Positions 13,201 to 24,800 of a stretch of DNA of 64,000 bases are shown here, piece after piece. The first letter of the stretch is position 1; every line of letters starts with the position of its first letter. The stretch spans positions 18,600,001-18,664,000 of the forward strand of contig CM120646.1 in NCBI GenBank assembly GCA_051362555.1, given 5' to 3'. The position numbers were made by a program, and so were the translations under genes. The notes beneath the pieces were generated by a model. That model saw nothing but the letters and a program-made list of their open reading frames with translations, searched no databases and was not told the DNA's origin. Origin of the DNA: Lingula anatina (taxonomy: Eukaryota; Animalia; Brachiopoda).

Positions 13201-16200
13201 GATGAACTGCACACTGATTTTTCAGTACCAGAAAATAAAATAAATGTTAACACCCTACTTCTCATGCTCATGTGATATGATATTTAACTGAAGACACAAA
13301 TAAAACATCACATATGAATCTTAGTTACAGGTTTTACTGTTTGTGACAGATGTCAAAAATAAATAGATATATAAATAACCAATGAAAAAATTTTCATCAC
13401 AATTCTGAAGTCTGACTAACAACATAATAATCACGTGAAAAAAAAGACACCAATTGCATTATCACATGCAGAGTAATAAAGTGTTGTCTTTCCTCTGTTT
13501 ATCATGCTAATCGTTCTGGCTTTGTTTCTGAGAGCAATATTGCAATTAGCAGTCACTTCAAGTATGTGTAAATTTATGAAGCACTGTTCTTTTACCAATT
13601 ATCAGTCAAACCTAGTCATTAAATTCTAGCTAATAAATATTAACACTCCATACTGTGCATTGGTCATGATTCTTTTTTCACAACCAACTGTGAAAAATTA
13701 CGAAGAATTCTAGTAAAGAAAGGATTTACATTTTTAGACCCATGAATTACATCAAAACTTACTTCTTTCTTTTTAAGTCCATCTTCATCAAAGAACTGTA
13801 CCTCAGTCAAAACCCCTTCACAGTCAGGTGTGAAACAGGCCATCTTGATAAAATCCTGAGAGCAAAAACATAAATAAAACTAGAAAAGCACTCTGAGAGC
13901 GCAGACCTCCGCCAAGGCAGCAATTTTTATTATTATTGATTATTGATTGATTATTGATCCGGATCACCTTCAAAAACTAATCATCTCTTCCTTGGCCCAC
14001 TTCTGACAGTTCCTGAAAATTTCATCAAAATCGGTCCATAACGTTTTGAGTTATGTTGATGACAAACAAACAAACAAACAAACAGACAAACAAACAAGCA
14101 AACAGACAAACAGGGGTGAAAACATAACCTCCTTGGCGGAGGTAATAATACAATTACACTGACAAATTCAAAGAATTCAGATGATGTCAAATATCAACAT
14201 GCTTCCTTTTTTCTTTCTTTTTCCCCACAATACAAAGAACTAGAAAACTAATCTATATACCCATCCTTTGCTCTTTTCCATTTTAAAGATGTATACAAAG
14301 TCAATTTGTCACAAAAACCGACCAAATGCCAGCATATAGTTTCTAGTATAACTAAGAGAATTACCAAAATGCATTGTTTGATTTTACCCGAAAATGATGT
14401 TTGAATGGACTTTTCTGCTAGCATTCTATGCTGTATGTCAATGGGGCAGAAAAGTAGGTCATGAAAGTAGGTTAAATTTCCGACCAAAAATTTAGAGAAA
14501 GGAGCAGTCTAAAGCTCTTTCATGGCTGATCGAGTGATCTATTCAGTTTATCCCTTGGCATGTGGAATTTATTTGAGTCGCATAAGAAACTAGCAGAAGT
14601 GGTTTACATGTGTTACTGGAAATCCATGCTCCACCGATGCTCGGTTCGTATGTACCTTTAAGTAAAAAGCAAAAGTCTTTTTTGTGGACGAAGAAAACCA
14701 AAGAATATATTCATAAATTTGCTACAGCACTGTACACAAAACTGTCTTAGAAAAGCAATTACAATATCAGTCAAACTAATGTGTTTGAGCTTCAGAGGAA
14801 TTAACAAATTAATTACTAAACTAATAACCTACCTTATCTGACTGAGACAATTCTGTTTTAAGACTCTTCCAACAATTGATGTGGAAGTCTGTCTGACACT
14901 TATCAAGACATAAAGCCCGCACAATTCCCTGGAAATGAAAATCATTAGAAAACATAACTTTCCAGCCATGTGGAAGTCTGTCTGAGACTTGTCTAGACAC
15001 AAAGCTTGCACAATTCCTTAGTAATGAATATCATAAGAAACACCACTTTACAGCCATGTGGACGTATGTCTGAGACTAGTCAAGACATTAGGACCTGCAC
15101 AATTCCTTAATAATGAATATCATTAAAAGACATTATTTTCCAGCCATGTGAAAGTATGTCTGTCTGACACTTGTCTTAAAGCACTAAAAATAGACCAACG
15201 AGGTGAGATCGCCTCCCAGACAGGTACCACCAGCTGATATGAGAGTATGTCTTACACTTGACAAGAAATAAAGCACAAATGAAACAGATATAAGCAAGCA
15301 TCATTTCACAGAAAGAGCTTTGTTTTTTGTTTTTTCTTTTTTATCTCTGGTTGATGCAAACACATAAGGCCAAGGTCACTGGAGGCCCAATAAGATTCCA
15401 AGTAAAAATCTCAAAACTCTAAGATGTTGTGTAAAAAGCTCATGCCAGACTTATAAACATCGAACATTGTAGGTGTTCTAATAATAACATCTGACCTTTC
15501 ATTTCAAGCATAGAGAAAAAAAATCAAAAATCAATTAAATAAATAAAAAATATATATATCATGATAGCTTTATCATCATTCTGAATTGCTTGTATTTTGA
15601 AGATTATCTGTAAGAACTTCTGCTGATACAAAAAAAACTGAATAATTACCTTAAAATCTGGATCGGAGAAATAGATGTGTATCTTGTGATCATCACAGTT
15701 CTTGTATCGACAGATTGCATCTGGCTGTGGGGGGTTTCTGCACAACTGAATCAAGTTCTCAAACTCTTTCTGAAAATATAAATCAAAACTTAATATAGTA
15801 ATAGAAAACTCAAAGCAGAATGCTGGTCTAGCTTGCTGACATATTCGACTAATATTAAGTTTCTCTTTGTCTTAATTGGAGTAATTGAAATGTTATCAAC
15901 ATTTTCTCTTGCAAACCTGAAAGATAAGTGGCCATGAGTTAACAAGCACAATGGACCCTAATTTTGGGGGAAATAAGGATTTTTAACAGATTCATATTCT
16001 GTTTAAGTGGGAAAAATGCATATAAGCATTGCTTTATAACAGAACAACTAATAGGTCTTCAGATTTTGATTACTGTTGTCAACTTTTCATTTGTAAGAAT
16101 GCAATTTACCTTTTTGGTTATTATCTATAAATGACAATATCTATGACTCTCAATTTTTACATAATTTCACCTAGAACCTACAATCATTATTACAATTATG

Positions 16201-18825
16201 AATTCTTATGGTATTCACTTCTAAGTAGTCTTTTAATTTATAGAAATTCTATAGTACAATCTGTTTAAAGTTGCAAAAATTATTAACTTAGATATTATTG
16301 TCACTATTATTATTATCATTTTGTCATCAGCATCATCATCATCTCCACTACTGATTTTTATTATTCAGGTTGCACATTGTCTTATGTGATGGTACATATT
16401 AAGGAATGGCCTTTAGTCCCAACAAGACAACTGAAATCCATGTACTTTGAATTCTCACGATGTGTAGCAATATGGTCTTTATAATAATCATAATAATAAT
16501 AATTATCATTATTAAAAACCCTGATGGAGTATAGTCCAGCATTGGTGACAAAGTGGCCAATGTTGCCAGGTGAGTTGTTTACCTGAATGTTGGCAGGTGA
16601 GTTGTTTACCCAGTGATTGCGAAAGAGATTGAAAACTTACCAGACATGTGGGCTGGAGCAAATTTAATTTTGTCAGCCCACACCTTTTTTTACCGGCCCA
16701 CAACAAAATAATCAAGCTGTATATTTTCACTTCATTTTTGATGAATATTATTGTCTGGCATTTTAAATCGTTGCTTTTTAATTTTCAGGCCAGATGTAAT
16801 AGGATGTTTAAAGGTTTAAGTTTAAACGTCTTTCATTTTGGTTGCTTTCTGGCATTTAAGTTTTATCCTTTTTACATCTGGGTTGCCTATCTTAATTTCT
16901 AATCTTTTAACACAAGATCATGTATCCTTTGTAAATTTTATTCCAATTTTTGACTTAAATTAAAACATAAGTCATAGAGAAGTGGAGCTTCCAACTTTTG
17001 TAACGTTTTTTTAGATTTTCACTCTTGGAAAAATGCTTGTCTGTTAGCAGGGATTGTCCTGGGTCAAAATCTGGTCGGGCCATTTTGGCCCACTTGGTCA
17101 AAAAAAGTGTGCCATTTTTTAAAAATGTGTGCCGTGAATTATTTAAAGAAAATTCATTGTATTTCAATATTTTTTATATCATTAAAATCAATGAAAAAAG
17201 GCTTAATGCTACTACTCTGAAGTCCTAAATAATTGTAGTGTGTGGAAAAATCTTCCAAAATAAACATACTGTCTGAAAAATTGTACAGTACTTAATGGAA
17301 AAATCTTCAGAATTGATAATTGCACTATGCCAAATAATTGCACTACATGGAAAAGGTAGACAAATCCCATTTTTATTGTAAAATAAAGCTATTGCTCTCA
17401 TAGCAGGCCCGTAGCCAGCAATTTTAAAAGGGGGGGAGGGTCTTTTTCCATAAAAACGCCATGTACCTAGATCAAATTTTACCAAGAGTGGACCTTTTGT
17501 CAGCATAAGAGGCGGTTCTTTCGAAGCCCCTGAACCATCCCTGGCTACGGGCCAGAGTCTGAAAAGAATTTTTATTCAATATCTAAGACTAAAGTTTAGA
17601 TGAATATACTGTAATGGACAGTTTTGCACCCTGACTGTGCCATTGCGGATTTTCCGCATGGAAAATGATGTTGTCCCTCATTTTGACATATAGCACCGCT
17701 AAAGGCGCAATATGACTTAAAATATCCGTTAAAATTAGTTAAGAGCACCCATCTAAAAAGCAAATGAATATTTCACTTATCGTTTACTCAACATGCAGTC
17801 CGACGGAAGCCATACTTGTTTACTTAGCACGTGTAGTTAGGTGTTCTCAGAGGTCCGCGCGTGGCCAGTCGTAAGCAGTTTGAGCGGCCTGTTTTCAGAG
17901 TCTTGAGCAGTACGTTTTTCATTGACCTGTAGTTGTTTCAGTTTCGATACATTTTTTCGTGAAACGGGTCACATGTCAGCCCTCACACCATCGCTACGCA
18001 CACTTCAAGCGACATCATAATGTACGTAGACCTTTATTACAAAACGCGCCAGTATGGCGCAAGTTAAAGTTTTACTTGTGAATAGTGCGTACTTAGAGCT
18101 TTACGGTAAATTCAAATATGAGGCGAGGTGTCTGTTAAAGAAACTGACTTTAGTCCGTCGGACATGTGGGCCGATGAGTTAAAAGGGTTTTCCAGCCCAC
18201 AGAACTTTTGCCGGCATATGGCCGTGGTCCGACGGCTTTCGCAATCACTGTTTACCTGAATGTTGCCAGGTGAGTTGTTTACCTGAATGTTGCCAGGTGA
18301 ATTGTTTACCTGAATGTTGCCAGGTGAGTTGTTTACCTGAATGTTGGCAGGTGAGTTGTTTACCTGAATATTGCCAGGTGAGTTGTTTACCTGAATGTTG
18401 GTAGGTGAGTTGTTTACCTGAATATTGGCTCTATTGACAGGTGAGGTATTAACCTGAATGTTGACTCTATTGACAGGTGAGTTATTTACCTGAATGTTGG
18501 CTCTGTTGGAGTTGTTAATCTTCAGTGGGGTCCCAGGCCAGGTCAGACTCTGCATTGAGACCTTGGTGGACATTTCCAGTCCCTTGCCCAGTGGGTCTAA
18601 GGCTTCAGTATACCTGAAATGTGAATGAACTCAAATGAATAAGCTACTTGGACTAATTGGAAGGTTTGTTAACATTTATACAGAGACAACTGGCCTGCAG
18701 TTCTACACCCCACCAACATCAAACCACCACCTTTGGCTGATTTACTGTTATTAAAGGTTTAACTTTGTAAAAATCACAATAAGCTTAGAATAAATAAGAT
18801 TTTTTTTCATTTTTGTCAAGCAAAA

Positions 18826-18856
<31 letters not shown>

Positions 18857-21800
18857 ACTAGAGGATCAGAGAGGCGATACCGCCTCCGAATATTGTACCA
18901 CCAGCTGGAGCAAGCGCATTCGTATAGACCCCCACATACACAAAATAAGGGGTGCAGCCACCAGTCTTGTGCTTGACAAGCTGTAAAAATGCAATCAACA
19001 AGAATTTTCAAAATATGCAAAAAATATATATAACTAAAAATGGTGCAATCAAAGTTAAGTTCATTGTAAGGTAGGTCAAAGGTCATTTTCAAGGTCACAG
19101 TAAATTGCCAGTATATGACTTCCTATCCAACTTCAATAGTAACTATGGACCTATCTCTGCCAGTTTTGGAGATAAAAGGGAAGCAAAATTTGCAAAGTTC
19201 AGTTCATGGTGAAAAGTAGGTCAAAGGTCAATTTCAAGGTCACAGTAAGATTGCCAGTATATGACTTCCTATTCAACTTCAATAGTAACTATGGACCTAT
19301 CTCTGCCAGTTTTGGAGATAAAAGGGAAGCAAAATTTGCAAAGTTCAGTTCATGGTGAAAAGTATGTCAAAGGTCAATTTCAAGGTCACATTTAGATTGC
19401 CAGTATATGACTTCCTATTCAACTTCAATAGTAACTATGGACCTATCTCTGCCAGTTTTGGAGATAAAAGGGAAGCAAAATTTGCAAAGTTCAGTTCATG
19501 GTGAAAAGAAGGTCAAAGGTCAATTTCAAGGACACAGTAAAATTGCCAGTATATGACTTCCTATGCAAGTTCAATAGTAACTATGGACCTATCTCTGCCA
19601 GTTTTGGAGATAAAAGGGAAGCAAATTTTGCAAAGTTCAGTTCAAGGTGAAAAGTAGGTCAAAGGTCAATTTCAAGGTCACAGTAAAATTGCCAGTATAT
19701 GACTTCCTATTCAAGTTCAATAGTAACTATGGACCTATCTCTGCCAGTTTTGGAGATAAAAGGGAAGCAAAATTTGCAAAGTTCAGTTCATGGTGATAAG
19801 TAGGTCAAAGGTCAATTTCAAGGTCACAGTAAGATTGCCAGTATATGACTTCCTATTCAACTTCAATAGTAACTATGGACCTATCTCTGCCAGTTTTGGA
19901 GATAAAAGGGAAGCAAAATTTGCAAAGTTCAGTTCATGGTGAAAAGTAGGTCAAAGGTCAATTTCAAGGTCACATTTAGATTGCCAGTATATGACTTCCT
20001 ATTCAACTTCAATAGTAACTATGGACCTATCTCTGCCAGTTTTGGAGATAAAAGGGAAGCAAAATTTGCAAAGTTCAGTTCATGGTGAAAAGAAGGTCAA
20101 AGGTCAATTTCAAGGTCACAGTAAAATTGCCAGTATATGACTTCCTATGCAAGTTCAATAGTAACTATGGACCTATCTCTGCCAGTTTTGGAGATAAAAG
20201 GGAAGCAAATTTTGCAAAGTTCAGTTCAAGGTGAAAAGTAGGTCAAAGGTCAATTTCAAGGTCACAGTAAAATTGCCAGTATATGACTTCCTATTCAAGT
20301 TCAATAGTAACTATGGACCTATCTCTGCCAGTTTTGGAGATAAAAGGGAAGCAAAATTTGCAAAGTTCAGTTCATGGTGATAAGTAGGTCAAAGGTCAAT
20401 TTCAAGGTCACAGTAAGATTGCCAGTATATGACTTCCTATTCAACTTCAATAGTAACTATGGACCTATCTCTGCCAGTTTTGGAGATAAAAGGGAAGCAA
20501 AATTTGCAAAGTTCAGTTCATGGTGAAAAGTAGGTCAAAGGTCAATGTCAAGGTCACAGTAAGATTGCCAGTATATGACTTCCTATTCAACTTCAATAGT
20601 AACTATGGACCTATCTCTGCCAGTTTTGGAGATATAAGGGACTAAATGTTATAATTTTGGAGTTACCATAATGTGCCATAAATTTCCTACAGAAAAAATT
20701 AATTAAAATAAAGAAAAGGTCATTTTGGTCAAAGTTCTTGAAATGGGAGGTTCTCTGAAGTTGCAGAAGTTTAAATTTGATAAAATAATGTCATTTTTGA
20801 CCACAAGTTGTCTGCTTTGCCAAGCATTATGTTTTATTTTTCCGGAGTTCAAAATTTATTATCCATTACCGTACTGCACATTTTTACGGAAGCCGACTGG
20901 TGCCATATGTTGAAAAAAAAAATTATCTCGAAATTTCGAGATAGCATTTTTTTTGTTCAAATTTCAAAATACTATCTCGAAATTTCGAGATAAATTTTTT
21001 TGCTCAAATATCAAAATGCTATCTCGAAATTTCGAGATAATTTTTTTTTTGTTCAAATTTCAAAATGCTATCTCGAAATTTCGAGATAAAAATTTTTTTT
21101 GTTCAAATTTCAAAATAGTATCTCGAAATTTCGAGATAATTTTTTTTTCTACATATGGCACCAGTCGGCTTCCGTACATTTTCCTTTCACCACCAATATG
21201 TACTTTCTGATACAGCGTAACTCGAAAACCGTATGGAATACAAAAAAACCGAGACCACCTCCAGTGTTGGGCTTTACATGCTCTACAAAATGCAAAAAAG
21301 AATGGGTCTCTAGCATTAACGGTTCCCGAATTAGAGACAGTTTTCAGTTTCGGTATCTTATGGCCACTACTCCTGTGAAAATGCACCGATTGACCCCAAA
21401 TTCACGGAGATGAAAGATGACCTGAAGGGTAACACTTTCCAATAATATTATTGGTTAAGTCTGTGTGGCGTCTGAATAACAGGGCAAAAAATTTTTTTTT
21501 CGTAAAAAATTTCATTTTTTTGAAAATTTTGACCCATTTGACCTTGAAGTAAAGGTCAAAGGTCAAATCCGAGGGTATATTTGAAATCTACACATATGAC
21601 TTTTGGAAAGCCGTCTATAGAAATTTTTCCCGTAACTCCTTCTGTAGGGTAGATAATTAGCATTTAATTTTGCCATTTTTAGACAAGGGTGCATTGCAAT
21701 GAGTGCCACACCCAGACCCCAATACCGACAAAGCCCAAATTTTACGTGGAACGAGTTGAGATTATAGGTGACCTAAATCCATGAGATGGGTACGGGGGCC

Positions 21801-24800
21801 CTTACCGTCTAGGAGGAGAAGCGGTAACGGTAACATGGCGGCGGAGCCGGCGGAACGGACCGGACGGGACCGAAACCATGTGTACCGCCAGCGCTAACGC
21901 TGGTGGTAAATTTTTTTGTTCAAATTTCAAAATAGTATCTCGAAATTTCGAGATAATTTTTTTTCTACATATGGCACCAGTGGGCTTCCGTACATTTTCC
22001 TTTCACCACCAATATGTACTTTTTGATACAGCGTAACTCGAAAACCGTATGGAATACAAAAAAACCGAGACCACCTCCAGTGTTGGGCTTTACATGCTCT
22101 ACAAAATGCAAAAAAGAATGGGTCTCTAGCATTAACGGTTCCCGAATTAGAGACAGTTTTCAGTTTCGGTATCTTATGGCCGCTACTCCTGTGAAAATGC
22201 ACCGATTGACCCCAAATTCACGGAGATGAAAGATGACCTGAAGGGTAACACTTTCCAATAATATTATTGGTTAAGTCTGTGTGGTGTCTGAATAACAGGG
22301 CAAAAAATTTTTTTTTCGTAAAAAATTTCATTTTTTTGAAAATTTTGGCCCATTTGACCTTGAAGTAAAGGTCAAAGGTCAAATCCGAGGGTATATTTGA
22401 AATCTACACATATGACTTTTGGAAAGCCGTCTGTAGAAATTTTTCCCGTAACTCCTTCCGTAGGGTAGATAATTAGCATTTAATTTTGCCATTTTTGGAC
22501 AAGGGTGCATTGCAATGAGTGCCACACCCAGACCCCAATACCGACAAAGCCCAAATTTTACGTGGAACGAGTTGAGATTATAGGTGACCTAAATCCATGA
22601 GATGGGTATGGGGGGCCTTACCGTCTAGGAGGAGAAGCGGTAACGGTAGCCGTCCGGCGGAGCCGGCGGAGCCGGCGGAGCCGGCGGAGCCGGCGGAACG
22701 ATCCGGACGAGACCGAAACCATGTGTACCGCCAGCGCTAACGCTGGTGGTACAATAAATAAGGTTGAACTTCATAGATATGCATAAACCTTTATTAACAG
22801 GATATGATACCAACTACCATTTTCGCCCACTCAACAGCCATCACTTAATTTTCCCAATTTTTTATTTAAAAAAAAAATTATAAAACACCAGAACCTGTGT
22901 TTCACAAAGTCTCCTCACCTGTTGAGTTTGATGTGTGCCTTTCCCAAACCAAGGTATGCCAAAACAAACCTACAACTGGGGTGGTCCTTGAGAATGCTGT
23001 TATACATGTCTATCCCTTCTAAGATCTCCTGGAATACACAAAAAAACACAACACCAGCTGGTGATAAAAGTCACATTTCCTTTTTTGTGACTGGTAATTA
23101 TTATAACCTCAGGAAGAAAATATTTTATAATTTTTGCAATCTGTCTTTTCCTGTATAAACCTCTCTGCAGTGCCAGAGTCTGGGACCTGGGCAAGACTTT
23201 TTCATACTTAAGGTTATACATAGGAGTATTTGCTATGAAGTGCTAATTTCCTTAGGTAAGCCACAACTGTTACACAGCTTCACTTGAAAAAACCATAGGG
23301 ATTTAATTCCATTCAAAACTATTCCACAACTATGAATTATGCATATCATTTTCATACATTCTGAAGTTGTGGTTTAAGAAAATTGGGACTTTTGAGACCT
23401 TATTATAAACATTATAATCAGCTACTGTAGCTATTGCAGAACTGCTGAAGTGCAAGTGCCCATTTAGCAAAACCCCCCCCCCCACCTCTCTTTTACAAAT
23501 CCTTACAATCTCTTTAATTTTTTTCTGTTAAATCAACGTACAGAAAAAATGAAATATAGTTTAAGTTCAGTAAGTTTATCAAAATTACAAGTTCAAAAAC
23601 AGTACAGAAATAACATAGACTTTGACAGTTCCCTTAATTTTTGAACTCGGCCCTAAAAAAAATTTTTTTAATGTCAAACTTCCCATCGCAATATATAAAT
23701 AAAGATTACACTTATTAAAAAAACTTTGCTTACACAACAGTATGCTCACCTTGTATGTGCCTGTTTCTATACACGCTGTGGCATAACTGTACTTCAACAA
23801 GGCCAAATCTATTTCTTCCAGTAAAAATGTCTGAAAGTTCCATATATTTAAAAGTATACTGTGATTATCTTCTTCGATGTTCACATTTTATGATAGCTTT
23901 TAAAATAGAAAACACTCATAGACAACTCATTATTGCAAACGTGGGTAGCAGAAAAACATTTCTTAACTCAAACAAATCAAAAGCAAAATCCAGATAATTT
24001 ATAAATTAAAGCAGGTCTCACTTTAAAATGATATTGGCTGCATTACTAACCAGCCATGAACAAGACCTATTCAAAAATAAGTTTCCTATCTACACTGTAT
24101 GAAACAGTGACAGCAAATTACTCTTCCTAATGGTAATAGCCCATCTTTTTGTACAAGGAATCTTACCAGGTTAATGAAAACATTAAAAAAATGTTAGATA
24201 TTTATCAAATTGTGAGTACCTTTGACCCATGGTCATGCACCATCTCCAAACATTTCTGAAAGTCGTGGAGGGCGTGGCGACTTCTTTCGTCCATCAGGGC
24301 AGTGGTGCCTTGCTTCTGTAGAAACTGAAAATCATCTCGAAGCACATCTTCTGGCGATTTTGGTGGCTGCTGCATAGGGGGATTTGCTCCATCCTTAAAG
24401 GACATAATAAACATTTCATTACTTCCTGGTGATAAGTTAGAGAGTTCAGTCAATAGCCATTTCTGCTCCAATTTTTTTTTCGTGGCTATCTTACTTACAG
24501 GTAAAGGTATGGTACATGCAGAAAGTTTTTAGAATAGGTTACAAAAAGATAATGAAAAATAACCCACTTTCATCACCAGTGCCATATGTATAAGTAATAG
24601 TTAAAAGTAAAATTGGTTCCATCTGAAGTTTTATAATGTCGCCTTTAAACCTAAATCTATATTTTTACCTGGTTTTCAGTCTTGTTCTTGTCCCCTCTCT
24701 TGGTCCTTTTCTTCCTTCTGGATTCTTCCTTTTTCTTCTGCTCTTCTTCCTTTTTCTTCTTCTTTTTCTCTTTCTTCTTCCTCTCTTCTTCTCTTCTAGC

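Larger units (their letters stand above)
18856..22756 (-). mobile_element. Large HINE-like (Helentron-associated) element with internal satellite array, nested MITE and duplicated end
   Basis: 15-bp subterminal IR tattgtaccaccagc (18891-18905) / gctggtggtacaata (22742-22756); hairpin gaggcg-atac-cgcctc at 18871-18886 next to the CTAGTT terminus; second hairpin and (gccggcgga)n microsatellite at the other end; inserted in a (TAAA)n run without TSD. Confidence 0.8.

Noticed and set aside
19073-21176. CRISPR-like appearance of the 146-bp array and the spaced 20-bp palindromes
   Set aside because: Intervening sequences are near-identical rather than unique spacers, there are no cas genes, and the context is a eukaryotic intron inside transposon termini.
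20953-22229. Duplicated ORFs (MHFHRSSGHK..., MFKFQN...)
   Set aside because: They lie in the non-coding MITE/HINE duplication and show no transposase or helicase motifs.
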